Of a stretch of 64,000 bases of DNA, positions 18,430-27,576 are shown one piece after another; position 1 is the stretch's first letter, and every line of letters begins with the position of its first letter. The translations under genes and the position numbers were made by a program. The stretch is from the NCBI GenBank assembly GCA_963707215.1, contig CAVPPB010000001.1, positions 576,001 to 640,000 on the forward strand, written 5' to 3'. This stretch comes from an uncultured Chloroflexia bacterium (GTDB lineage Bacteria > Chloroflexota > Limnocylindria > Limnocylindrales > CSP1-4). Below the pieces are notes generated by a model. The model saw nothing but the letters and a program-made list of their open reading frames with translations. It was not told where the DNA came from and did not search any database.

Positions 18430-18939
18430 CTACCAGCCCAGGGTGCCCGGCCCGCCCTTGAACGGACCGCTGACGCGCGAGGTGATCCAGCCTCCGTAGA
18501 AGTCGCCAGCCTGGGCCTGGACGCGCTCGTCGCCGACCCAGGCCTCGTCCACCCGGCCGGCGTAGAAGGCCCAGGCACCCCGGATGGCCTCGAAGCCCGG
18601 GGCCGGGTCACGGTAGCCCCAGGCGGCGCCCTCCACGACGCGTCGGCCGACGATGAGGTCAGCGTAGGTTGCCCGCCCCTTGAACTCGCAGACCGTGGTC
18701 CGAGCCGACGGGCGGAGGAGGTCGGCCCGGACGTCCTCGGCCGGGATGTAGTAGGTCGGCGGGTGGCTCGTCTCGAGGACCCTATGGCCGCGGACCGTGT
18801 CGGCGACGACGATGCCGTCGACGATGACCCGCAGCCGCTCCCGGACGGGCTCGACCACGGGTGGCCTGGGATAGTCCCAGACCGACTCCGCCTCCGGACG
18901 CCGCGGTCCGTCGACGGTGGGCTCGGAGTTCCGCTTCAC
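18430..18939 (-). CDS. DUF427 family protein
   Basis: ESVWDYPRPP, RVLETSHPPTYYIP, TVCEFKG, FYGGWIT, GPFKG. Start approximate. Confidence 0.88.
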   Translation of the reverse strand: MKRNSEPTVDGPRRPEAESVWDYPRPPVVEPVRERLRVIVDGIVVADTVRGHRVLETSHPPTYYIPAEDVRADLLRPSARTTVCEFKGRATYADLIVGRRVVEGAAWGYRDPAPGFEAIRGAWAFYAGRVDEAWVGDERVQAQAGDFYGGWITSRVSGPFKGGPGTLGW

Positions 18940-18961
18940 GTCCTTCGTACGTACGAGCGGC

Positions 18962-19513
18962 TCAGGCGGATGGGTCGCCGCCCGGTCCGCCCGGCCCGCC
19001 CGCATCGCCAGGACCCGCGCAGGTCCTGCACCGCCCGACCACCGAGAGGTGCGAGAGGTCGATCGAGAAGCCCCGACTCGCCCTGAGCGTCTCGACGAGC
19101 GCTCGACCCTCTGCCCCGTCGATCTCCCACGTGGCCCCGCAGTCGCGGCAGGTGATGTGCCCGTGCACGCGGCCCGGCAATACGTGGAACTCCTCGCGTC
19201 CATCGGCGCCGTGGCTGTGCCGGATCAGCCCGAGCTCTTCGAGGACGTCGAGGGTCCGATAGACGGTCGATGGGATCGTCGCCGGATCGAGCTCGCGGCA
19301 ACGCTCCACGAGCTCGGCACCGGTCACGTGGCCGTCGGCGGTGGAGAGCACCTCGACGAGGGTCCGGCGCTGGGGCGTCCAGCGAAGCCCCCGGTCGTGC
19401 AGACGCTGGCGGACCGTCGCCCACTCCGACCGGCCGGACGTCGGCGCCCGGGGACCTGTCGCCGGGGCCGACGAGGCACTGGCGCCGGAGGTCCTGGATC
19501 CGTCCACTCGCAT
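18962..19513 (-). CDS. Fur-family regulator (candidate nickel-responsive Nur)
   Basis: RWTPQR, STVYRTLDVLEELG, HSH, HGHITCRDCG, GRCRTC. Divergent from the Ni/Co ECF operon. Confidence 0.88.
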   Translation of the reverse strand: MRVDGSRTSGASASSAPATGPRAPTSGRSEWATVRQRLHDRGLRWTPQRRTLVEVLSTADGHVTGAELVERCRELDPATIPSTVYRTLDVLEELGLIRHSHGADGREEFHVLPGRVHGHITCRDCGATWEIDGAEGRALVETLRASRGFSIDLSHLSVVGRCRTCAGPGDAGGPGGPGGDPSA

Positions 19514-19553
19514 CAGGCGAACAGGATAGCGCGGGAGATGCACGCTGTCGCTA

Positions 19554-19569
19554 ATGCAACACGTTGCAT
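19554..19569. promoter_or_regulatory. Palindromic Fur/Nur-type operator
   Basis: ATGCAAC-AC-GTTGCAT, a perfect 7-2-7 inverted repeat in an AT-rich patch between the regulator and cbiM. Confidence 0.7.
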
Positions 19570-19617
19570 CAATGGTCGCCCGGGACTAGAATCCGAGCGC
19601 CTTCCTGGAGGGACCGA

Positions 19618-20349
19618 ATGCCGTTCACCGCGATCCTCGACCGACCGATCATCGAAGCGGTCGCGCCCGGGCTCCACACGCCGGACGGCTTCCTGACCGT
19701 GCCGGTCGCGCTGGTCATGTGGGTGGTCGCCGTGACGGCCCTGGCGATCTCGGTCCAGCGGACCAACCGGACCCTCGACGAGCGGCAGATCCCGCTGATG
19801 GGGGTGATGGCGGCGTTCATCTTCGCCGCCCAGATGGTCAACTTCCCGGTCGCCGGCGGCACCTCCGGGCATCTCCTGGGCGGAGTCCTCGCAGCGGTCC
19901 TGCTCGGGCCGTGGGCCGGGACCCTGGTGATGGCCTGCGTCATCGCCGTCCAGGCGCTCGTCTTCCAGGACGGCGGCCTGGTCGTGCTGGGGGCCAACAT
20001 CGTGAACATGGGCGTCATCGGCACGATGGGCGGCTATGTCGTCTACCGCTCTCTGGCGCGCATCCTCGGCGGCGAGTCCCGGGGGCGGATCCCGGCCGCG
20101 GGAGTGGCCGCCTGGCTCTCGGTCGTGGGAGCGGCGGTCGCCATCTCGATCGAGCTGGCCGTCTCGGGTACGACCGCGATCGAGGTCAGCCTGCCGATCA
20201 TGATGGGCGTCCATGCCGTCATCGGGATCGGGGAAGCGCTCATCACGATGGCGGCGCTGGCCTTCATCCGGGCGACCCGTCCCGACCTGCTCGACCTCCG
20301 CGTCGCATCCGAGGCCCGGGCGCTGCGCGCCCGCGGTGGTCTGACGTGA
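19618..20349 (+). CDS. cbiM: ECF Ni/Co transporter S component CbiM/NikM
   Basis: LHTPDGFL, AAFIFAAQMVNFP, GTSGHLLG, QDGG, GANIVNMG, IGEALIT. Confidence 0.9.
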   Translation: MPFTAILDRPIIEAVAPGLHTPDGFLTVPVALVMWVVAVTALAISVQRTNRTLDERQIPLMGVMAAFIFAAQMVNFPVAGGTSGHLLGGVLAAVLLGPWAGTLVMACVIAVQALVFQDGGLVVLGANIVNMGVIGTMGGYVVYRSLARILGGESRGRIPAAGVAAWLSVVGAAVAISIELAVSGTTAIEVSLPIMMGVHAVIGIGEALITMAALAFIRATRPDLLDLRVASEARALRARGGLT

Positions 20350-20696
20350 GCGAGGAGGGTCGGCCACCACGGGCAGGACCGACGGACGGCTCGGCCCACG
20401 AGCCCCGAGGCTGGCGGACCCGCCGGTGGTGGATCGTCGGCCTCGTCATCGCGGCCCTGGTGGTCGTGGTGCTGGCGCCGCTCGCCTCCTCCGACCCCGA
20501 CGGGCTCGAGCGGGTCGCCGAAGACCAAGGCTGGATCGAGTCTGCCCTGGATCCGCTGTACTCCATCGTCCCCGACTACACCGTCCCGGGGCTCGGGGGG
20601 AACCTGTCGACGATCGTCGCGGGCCTGCTCGGGGTCGGCCTCGTCTTCGCGCTGATGATCGGCCTCGGGTGGCTGCTCCGGCGCCGTCGCACCTAG
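20346..20696 (+). CDS. PDGLE-domain protein (NikN-like)
   Basis: ASSDPDGLERVA with two TM helices; GTGA overlap with cbiM. Confidence 0.88.
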   Translation: MSEEGRPPRAGPTDGSAHEPRGWRTRRWWIVGLVIAALVVVVLAPLASSDPDGLERVAEDQGWIESALDPLYSIVPDYTVPGLGGNLSTIVAGLLGVGLVFALMIGLGWLLRRRRT

Positions 20697-20705
20697 GGGG
20701 CCCAG

Positions 20706-21503
20706 CTGGACCTCGATCGCTACGTCGCCGGCGACAGCCCGATCCATCGAGCCGACGCGCGCCTGAAGTTCCTGCTGGCGGTCGGCTTCATCGTCGCAGT
20801 CGCGCTGCTCCCGTCGGGTGCCTTCGTCGCCATCGGGCTGGCCTGGGTCGCCATCGTCGTGGTCTCCGTCGCAGCGGGCCTCGGGCCGCTGCGGACGTCC
20901 CGGGCCGGGCTCGTCGCAGTGCCCTTCGCCCTGGCCGCCCTGCCGCTCGTCGCGACCCGGCCCGGCGAGCCCATCACCGCCTTCGACCTCGGCCCGCTCG
21001 CGGTGACCATCACCGACGCCGGGGTCCGCGATTTCCTGACGATCCTGCTCAAGAGCTGGGTCAGCGTCCAGGCCGCCCTGCTGCTCGCCTTCACGACCCC
21101 GTTCCACGATCTCGTGGACGCCCTCCGTGAATTGCGGGTGCCGCGGATCATGATCGCCATCATCGGCTTCATGTACCGCTACCTGGCCGTCATGACCGAC
21201 GAGGCCAGCCGGATGATGCAGGCTCGGGCCGCCCGGTCGGCAGTCCCTCGCGGGGGCGGCGGCGGAGGGACGGTGGCGTGGCGGGCCAGTGTCACCGGGC
21301 GGATGGTCGGGTCCCTTTTCCTGCGCTCCTACGAGCGGAGCGAGCGGGTCTTCGCGGCCATGCAGGCCCGCGGCTTCGACGGCGAGTTCCGCTACCTGGA
21401 GGGACCGGCCCTTCGACGTCGCGAGGTCGCCGTCTTCGCGCTCGCTGCCGGGGCAATCGTCGTCTACGTCGTCGCGGCCCAGCTCTGGCTCCCCCGGGCG
21501 TGA
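20706..21503 (+). CDS. cbiQ: ECF T component CbiQ/NikQ; CTG start inferred
   Basis: DRYVAGDSPIHRADARLKF N-terminal motif, MYRYL, AARS, RSYERSERVFAAMQARG. The first canonical start (GTG 20859) lies downstream of the conserved motif. Confidence 0.85.
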   Translation: MDLDRYVAGDSPIHRADARLKFLLAVGFIVAVALLPSGAFVAIGLAWVAIVVVSVAAGLGPLRTSRAGLVAVPFALAALPLVATRPGEPITAFDLGPLAVTITDAGVRDFLTILLKSWVSVQAALLLAFTTPFHDLVDALRELRVPRIMIAIIGFMYRYLAVMTDEASRMMQARAARSAVPRGGGGGGTVAWRASVTGRMVGSLFLRSYERSERVFAAMQARGFDGEFRYLEGPALRRREVAVFALAAGAIVVYVVAAQLWLPRA

Positions 21504-22345
21504 GCGGATCGACGCCCGGCCCGGCCGAGCACAGTCACGTCCACGAGCACGCGGGTCTGCCCCCGCACGAGCACCTCCACGAGCACCCCGAGGCTGGATC
21601 CGCGGCCGCGCCGACACGGATCGACGATGACCCCAGCCGCTGGGTCGAGGTCCACCACCTGCACTTCCGCTACCCGGACGGCTTCGAGGCGCTCCGGGGC
21701 ATCGACCTGACCATCGGCCGGGGCGAGCGGGTCGCCCTGGTCGGCCCGAACGGGGCGGGCAAGAGCACCCTGATGCTCCACATCAACGGCATCCTCGAGC
21801 CGAGCCACGGATCGGTCGCCGTCGCCGGCACGGTCGTCGACCGGTCGACGGTGAAACGGATCCGGGCCGAGGTCGGGCTCGTCTTCCAGGATCCCGACGA
21901 TCAACTCTTCAGCCCGACCGTGTTCGAGGACGTCGCCTTCGGGCCCATCCACATGGGGGCGCCTCGGGACGAGATCCACGACCGCGTCGAGCGAGCCCTG
22001 GCCTCCGTCGGCATGAGTGGCTTCGAGCAGCGAGTCCCCCATCGGATGTCGCTGGGCCAGCGGAAGAGGGTCGCCCTGGCCACGGTCCTGTCGATGGACC
22101 CGAGCGTGCTGGTGTTCGACGAGCCGTCGGCCGGGTTGGATCCGCGCGGCCGGCGGGAGCTCATCCGCCTGCTGGGGTCCCTGCCCCAGGCCCAGCTGGT
22201 GTCGACCCACGACATGCGGCTGGTCGCCGAGCTGTTCCCGCGGGTCGTCGTCATGGACGATGGGGTCATCGTGGCCGACGGCCCCACCGAAGCGATCCTC
22301 TCGGACGACGTGCTGCTCGAGGCCCATGGCCTGGAGCGTCCCTAG
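21500..22345 (+). CDS. cbiO: ECF ATPase CbiO/NikO with His-rich N-terminal extension
   Basis: GPNGAGKST, FQDPDDQLF, SLGQRKR, DEPSAGLD, STHD. GTGA overlap with cbiQ. Confidence 0.92.
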   Translation: MSGSTPGPAEHSHVHEHAGLPPHEHLHEHPEAGSAAAPTRIDDDPSRWVEVHHLHFRYPDGFEALRGIDLTIGRGERVALVGPNGAGKSTLMLHINGILEPSHGSVAVAGTVVDRSTVKRIRAEVGLVFQDPDDQLFSPTVFEDVAFGPIHMGAPRDEIHDRVERALASVGMSGFEQRVPHRMSLGQRKRVALATVLSMDPSVLVFDEPSAGLDPRGRRELIRLLGSLPQAQLVSTHDMRLVAELFPRVVVMDDGVIVADGPTEAILSDDVLLEAHGLERP

Positions 22346-22348
22346 GGG

Positions 22349-22397
22349 CGCCGACCCGTCCGTCGCGTCGCCCGACTACGCACCGTTCGGGTCGGCG
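22349..22397. terminator. Long hairpin after cbiO
   Basis: CGCCGACCCG (22349-22358) pairs with CGGGTCGGCG (22388-22397). Confidence 0.55.
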
Positions 22398-22545
22398 GAG
22401 CATGGACCCGGCCTCGCAGGATCTGGCACGGGCGGCTTCACCGGGAGGCATCCGCCGCCTCGTCACGCATCGGCCGTACGCACGACATGCATGCCAAGCG
22501 GGGCCGAGGTCGTCGGGACGCTGCCGGTCGCGACGGTCGACGAGC

Positions 22546-23280
22546 TCAGTCGCCGGCCTGGAGCTCCAGCCTCGAGAGTCGCCAGACGCAGATCGCGAAC
22601 GAGATCGCGACCACCGCGCCGAGCCCGACCACCGCGATGACCGGGTCGAGACGGAGCTCGGTGTCGAGCGGACCTCCGGGGTCCAGCGCGGCGGCCACGG
22701 CCAGCGTGTACTCGCGGATGCTGAGCGCCCTGGAGCCCTCGAAGAGGCCGGCCAGGAGGCCCTCCCAGACGATGACGTAGGCGAGGCCGGCGATGAGGGC
22801 ACGGGTCGTCAGGACCCCGAGGGCGACGAACAGGAACGTGTACGCCACGGCCCCGACCGAGACGCCGGCGGTGAGGGCCATGACGGTCGTCAGGGCCCCG
22901 CGATCGCCACCGATGGCCAGGCCCGCGATGAGCGTCGAGCCGGCCACGAGGATGACGACGGGCGGCGTCGTGGCGAGGAGCTTGCCGACGGCGATGCGCC
23001 AGCGGGGCACCGGCTTGGTGAGCAGGTGGATGATCGTGCCATCCTCGACCTCGGCCCCGATGGCCGCGGTGCCCAGGACGAGCGCCACGAGCGGCAGGAC
23101 CGCCCGGACGACGAGCTGCTCGATGGCGTTGGCAGTCCGCTCCACGCCCTCGCCGGGCAGCCCGCGCCAGCGGGCCAGCAACCCGATCAGGATAGGGATC
23201 GCGACGAGCAGGAGCAGGAACAGGACCCGCCGCCGCGCGAAGAGGGCCCGCAGGGTCGCGACGGTGATGACTCGGATCAC
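22546..23280 (-). CDS. ABC-2 type permease
   Basis: Multi-TM; EVEDGTIIHLLTKPVPR motif. Confidence 0.88.
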   Translation of the reverse strand: MIRVITVATLRALFARRRVLFLLLLVAIPILIGLLARWRGLPGEGVERTANAIEQLVVRAVLPLVALVLGTAAIGAEVEDGTIIHLLTKPVPRWRIAVGKLLATTPPVVILVAGSTLIAGLAIGGDRGALTTVMALTAGVSVGAVAYTFLFVALGVLTTRALIAGLAYVIVWEGLLAGLFEGSRALSIREYTLAVAAALDPGGPLDTELRLDPVIAVVGLGAVVAISFAICVWRLSRLELQAGD

Positions 23281-23296
23281 CGGTGCCCTCGTCGCG

Positions 23297-24319
23297 TCAT
23301 CGGCGCACCAGATAGGCGAAGACGCTCTCCAGCGACTCGTCGGTGGGACGGACCTCGAGGAGCGTGACGGCGCCGGCCCGGGCCAGCACAGGGAGGCGCC
23401 GGGCGAAGGCCGGGAAGTCGGCGGTCCGGACGATGAGCCGCTCGTCCCGAAGGTCGGCCGCGAACACCGAGGGCTCGGCGATCAGGGCGGCCGCCAACCG
23501 GCGGTCGTCGGACGAGCGGATCGTGAACTCGTGGGGCCGGTCGGTCATGAGGCGCCGGATCTCCCGGAAGTCCCCACTGGCCGCCAGCCGTCCCGCGTAC
23601 AGGACCAGCACCTGGTGGGCCAGCCGCTCGACCTCCTCGAGGATGTGCGAGGAGAAGAGGATGGTCCGGCCCTCGGCGGCCATCTGGCGCAGCAGGTCCA
23701 TCATGTGCAGCCGCTGACGCGGATCCATCCCGTTGAACGGCTCGTCCAGCAAGAGGACCGCTGGGTCGTGCACGAGCGCGGCGGCCAGCTTCGCCCGCTG
23801 GCGCATGCCCTTCGAGTACGTCCCAAGGGTCCGGTCGGCGGGGTCGAGGAGGTCGACGATCCCGAGGGCCCGATCCGTAGCGGCACCCGGATCGGCGAGG
23901 CCCTGGAGGGCGGCGGCATCGAGCACGAAGCGACGGCCGGTCAGGTGGGAGGGCACGGCCTCGCGCTCGGGCACCAGGCCGACCTGGCGGTAGACGCCCG
24001 GGTCGCGCCAGGTGGGCCGGCCCAGGACGGAGACGGAGCCGGCCGAGGGCCGCAACAGCCCGGCCAGCATGCCGAGCAGGGTGCTCTTCCCGGCGCCGTT
24101 GGGGCCCAGCAGCCCCGTGATGCCGGCGCCCACGCCGAAGCTCACGTCGTTGACGGCGACGACGTTGCCGTACCAGCGCGATGCGTGCTCGACGCGGATC
24201 GGCGCATCGGGAGGCACCTCGAAGACGGCGCTCTGGGGCGCGGCCAGGAGCGGCGGCGCCGGGGCGACGACACCGTCGGGGGCGACCCAACCTTCGACGG
24301 GACCACGCGGCACGGTCAC
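23297..24319 (-). CDS. ABC exporter ATP-binding protein
   Basis: GPNGAGKST, YSKGMRQR, LLDEP, SSH. GTG 24319 overlaps the upstream stop. Confidence 0.92.
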   Translation of the reverse strand: MTVPRGPVEGWVAPDGVVAPAPPLLAAPQSAVFEVPPDAPIRVEHASRWYGNVVAVNDVSFGVGAGITGLLGPNGAGKSTLLGMLAGLLRPSAGSVSVLGRPTWRDPGVYRQVGLVPEREAVPSHLTGRRFVLDAAALQGLADPGAATDRALGIVDLLDPADRTLGTYSKGMRQRAKLAAALVHDPAVLLLDEPFNGMDPRQRLHMMDLLRQMAAEGRTILFSSHILEEVERLAHQVLVLYAGRLAASGDFREIRRLMTDRPHEFTIRSSDDRRLAAALIAEPSVFAADLRDERLIVRTADFPAFARRLPVLARAGAVTLLEVRPTDESLESVFAYLVRR

Positions 24320-25233
24320 GGCTGGATGGTCCGGTAGCGCCACAGCAGCGCGCCGATCGCGAGGACCGACCAGGCCACCGCAGCCAGCGGCCAGACGACG
24401 TTCGACAGGGACCGGCCGGCGCTCGTCCGGGTCAGGTCGAAGAAGAACTCGTTGGTCCCCTCGAGGATGTCCGGTGGGCTGAACAGCGTGAGCCAGCCGG
24501 CCGTCGACTCACCGACCAGGGCAACCGCGACCGCGCTGACGAGCGGCGGGACGATGAGCAGGGCGATGATCCCCGCCGTGGCGAAGGCCCGGCGGGGCGT
24601 GTAGGCGGCGATCGCCAGGCCCAGTGAGCCCAGGAACACCCCGGCCAGGGCGGCCTGACCGATCACGGCCGGGACCTGCTCGGCATCGGCCACGATGGCC
24701 GCGACGACGTCGGCCGGGACGAGCGCGCGACCGACGAGGATGACCGCCTGGGGCACCAGGAGCAGGAGCAGGAGGGCCGCGACCAGGGCGACGAGCTTGC
24801 CGCCCGCGTAGTCCTCGCGGTGGAGGGCGCGGGCGAAGAGGAGGGCGAGCACCCGGTGCCGCTGGTCGCCACCGACGAGCTCGGGCGCCTGGGCGGCGAC
24901 GAAGAGGGCCACGAGGGGCCAGACGTACTCGAAATACGACGAGAAGCCGACGATCGCCTCATCGTCGAAGGCGCCCCCGGCCTGGCCCAGCTGGGACACC
25001 AGGGCGGAGACCCCGACCGCAACGACCGCAGGGATCATCGCCAGGGCGAAGAGGCCGAACGGGACGATCTTGGCCCGGCCGGACCGGCCGATGCCCCAGC
25101 AGGCCCGGAAGGCGTCACGGATGAGCGTCGCGACCGCGTGCCTCCGCCCCAGGCGGGGTCCGTCGTAGCCCCGATAGCCCAGGTCGTAGATGCTGCCGGC
25201 GGCGCCCGGCCGGCGGGAAGCCGGGGCGGTCAT
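24316..25233 (-). CDS. ABC-2 type permease
   Basis: IYDLGYRGYDGPR N-terminus, APELVGGD, multiple TM helices. Confidence 0.88.
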   Translation of the reverse strand: MTAPASRRPGAAGSIYDLGYRGYDGPRLGRRHAVATLIRDAFRACWGIGRSGRAKIVPFGLFALAMIPAVVAVGVSALVSQLGQAGGAFDDEAIVGFSSYFEYVWPLVALFVAAQAPELVGGDQRHRVLALLFARALHREDYAGGKLVALVAALLLLLLVPQAVILVGRALVPADVVAAIVADAEQVPAVIGQAALAGVFLGSLGLAIAAYTPRRAFATAGIIALLIVPPLVSAVAVALVGESTAGWLTLFSPPDILEGTNEFFFDLTRTSAGRSLSNVVWPLAAVAWSVLAIGALLWRYRTIQP

Positions 25234-26123
25234 CGGAAGAGGTCCTCGAGGGTCCGGCGCTCGGGCTCGATCCGGACGAGGCCGAGGCCGAGGTCGGCGA
25301 CCGTGTCGCGGACAAGGTCGTAGTCGCCGTCGCCGCCGAGATCGACCAGGACGTCGAACCCGTCGATGCGGTGCTGGAGACCCGCGTCGCCCAGGCGCGC
25401 GGCCAGTCCTGCCGGGTCGTCGTCGAGCTCGACACGGACGACGCCGGTCTTGGTCGTGAACTCGGACAGCGGGGCCGCCCGCAGCAGCTTGCCGCCCTCG
25501 ATCGCGACGAGGAAGTCGCCGACCCGCTCGATCTCGCCGAGGAGATGGGACGCGAGGATGATCGCGATGCCGAACTCGCGACCGGTCCGACGGATCAGAT
25601 CGAGCATCTCGTCGCGACCGGCGGGGTCGAGGCCGTTCGTAGGCTCGTCGAGGAGGAGCAGACGGGGGTCGTGGACGAGCGCCTGGGCGAGCATCACGCG
25701 CTGGCGCATCCCGGTCGAGTAGCCGCCGATGGGCCGGTAGCGCTCCTCGTACAGGCCGACGTGGCGGAGGACCTCGGCCGTCCGCTCCCGGGCGGCGCCC
25801 CGGGGCAGCCCCGAGAGCATCGCCATGTGGTTGACCAGCGTCGTCGCCGAGACATCGGGCGGGAGCGCGTCGTGCTCGGGCATGTAGCCGACGAGCGCGC
25901 GGACGCCGACCCCGTCGGTCGCGACGTCCCGGTCGAGCACGTAGGCCCGCCCCGACGAGGCCGGGAGCAGCCCGAGGAGGATCCGGATGAGGGTGCTCTT
26001 GCCGGCCCCGTTCGAGCCGACGAGCCCGACGATCCCCGGCTGGAGCTCGAGGGTCAGGTCGTCGAGCGCCAGGACGCCACCCTGATAGCGCTTGGTGAGG
26101 CCCTCGGTCCGAACGAGCGTCAT
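25230..26123 (-). CDS. ABC exporter ATP-binding protein
   Basis: GSNGAGKST, YSTGMRQR, LLDEPTNGLD. ATG 26123 follows TACCAT. Confidence 0.92.
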   Translation of the reverse strand: MTLVRTEGLTKRYQGGVLALDDLTLELQPGIVGLVGSNGAGKSTLIRILLGLLPASSGRAYVLDRDVATDGVGVRALVGYMPEHDALPPDVSATTLVNHMAMLSGLPRGAARERTAEVLRHVGLYEERYRPIGGYSTGMRQRVMLAQALVHDPRLLLLDEPTNGLDPAGRDEMLDLIRRTGREFGIAIILASHLLGEIERVGDFLVAIEGGKLLRAAPLSEFTTKTGVVRVELDDDPAGLAARLGDAGLQHRIDGFDVLVDLGGDGDYDLVRDTVADLGLGLVRIEPERRTLEDLFR

Positions 26124-26247
26124 GCGCTCGATGGTACTCCCCGACGGCCCGACGGCCGCGGTTGCCCTACCGGTCATGCGGCCGCGCGTCGCAGGGGTCG
26201 CGGGTCCCTCCGGGAGCGCTGGGCGACAGCAGGGTATCGTGCGTCGC

Positions 26248-27561
26248 ATGATCCACCGGACCCGCCTGACCGAGGCTGCACCGGGGTCGGCCCACGTCGC
26301 CCCGGGACCCGGCGATGCGGTCGGCGAGCAGCTGGAGCAACTCAGGTTCCTCCATCACGTCATCCGCCTGGCCACGACCGCGCGGACCTGGGATGAGCTC
26401 CTCGAGACGGTCGTGGACCAGACGCGCGATGCGCTCCACGCCGACGTCTCCTCGCTGTACCTGCTGGAGCGGGATGAGCCGGTCCTCGCCCTGGCCGCGA
26501 CCAACGGGCTCGACAAGTACCAGATCGGCCGCGCGAAGGTGCCCTACGGCGAGGGCGTCACCGGCCACGTGGCGGCCTCCCGCGAGCCGGAGATCATCCC
26601 GGACGTCCGCCACGACCCGCGGTTCATGTGGGTCCGCGGGATCGACCAGAAGCGCTTCGTCGCCTCGATGCTGTCGGTCCCCCTCGTCTGGCACGACAAG
26701 GTGGTCGGCGTGCTCAACGTCCAGACCGAACAGCCGAGGACCTTCAACCGGTCTGACGCGGACCACCTCGGGGCGATCGCCGACGTCCTCGCCGGGATCG
26801 TCGAGCGGGTCCGCCTCCAGCAGGAGGCGGAGGAGCAGGCCGAGGAGCTGCGGACCCTCGAGCGGGTTCGCGGGGAGCTCGTCGCGCTCGTCACCCACGA
26901 ACTGCGAACGCCGCTGGCCGTCGTTCGCGCGTACACCGACCTGCTGTCCGAAGAGCCGCCACTCGACGGTCGCGAGTCGCGTGATCCGGACCGGCGGGCC
27001 ACCCGCGAGCGCTGGCATCGTGCGGCGCTCGGCCAGGTCGAGCGGATCGACCGCCTCATCGACTCGGTCCTGGCCTCGATCCGACCGGCCGCCGAGCTGC
27101 CACCCGCCGTCATCGTCCCGGTGGACGTCGCCGCCCTCGCCCACCGTGTCGTCGAGGACCTCGCGCCGCTCCTGGAGGGTCACCGGGTCCGAGTCGCCGC
27201 ACGGGTCCGGCGTCACGCGATGGCCGACGAGACGCGGTTGCGCCAGATCCTGGAGCACCTCCTCGAGAACGCCGTGAAGTACGCGCCGCCCGACACGCTC
27301 ATCCTCGTCTCCATCGAGCTCGCCGAGGGGCGGGTCCGACTCTGCGTCGTCGACGAAGGGCCCGGGATCCCGGAAGAATGGCGTGATCGCATCTTCGAGC
27401 CGTACGCTCGCCATGACACCAAGACGGCGCGGGGATCCGGGATCGGCCTGTATGCCGGGCGGCGCCTCGCCGAGGGCATGGGTGCCGGGCTCTGGTGCGA
27501 GCCGGTGGACCCGACCGGCGCCAGGTTCGTGCTGGCGATGCCCGCCGCCGCTGCACTCTGA
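26248..27561 (+). CDS. Soluble GAF-HisKA sensor kinase
   Basis: GAF (GEGVTGHVA, SMLSVPL); THELRTPL; ENAVKY; DEGPGI; GSGIGL. Confidence 0.9.
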   Translation: MIHRTRLTEAAPGSAHVAPGPGDAVGEQLEQLRFLHHVIRLATTARTWDELLETVVDQTRDALHADVSSLYLLERDEPVLALAATNGLDKYQIGRAKVPYGEGVTGHVAASREPEIIPDVRHDPRFMWVRGIDQKRFVASMLSVPLVWHDKVVGVLNVQTEQPRTFNRSDADHLGAIADVLAGIVERVRLQQEAEEQAEELRTLERVRGELVALVTHELRTPLAVVRAYTDLLSEEPPLDGRESRDPDRRATRERWHRAALGQVERIDRLIDSVLASIRPAAELPPAVIVPVDVAALAHRVVEDLAPLLEGHRVRVAARVRRHAMADETRLRQILEHLLENAVKYAPPDTLILVSIELAEGRVRLCVVDEGPGIPEEWRDRIFEPYARHDTKTARGSGIGLYAGRRLAEGMGAGLWCEPVDPTGARFVLAMPAAAAL

Positions 27562-27576
27562 GGAGGGAGTCGATCG

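Noticed and set aside
20694-20696. Pyrrolysine at the in-frame TAG
   Set aside because: No pyl genes in the window, and TAG is an ordinary stop for many genes here.
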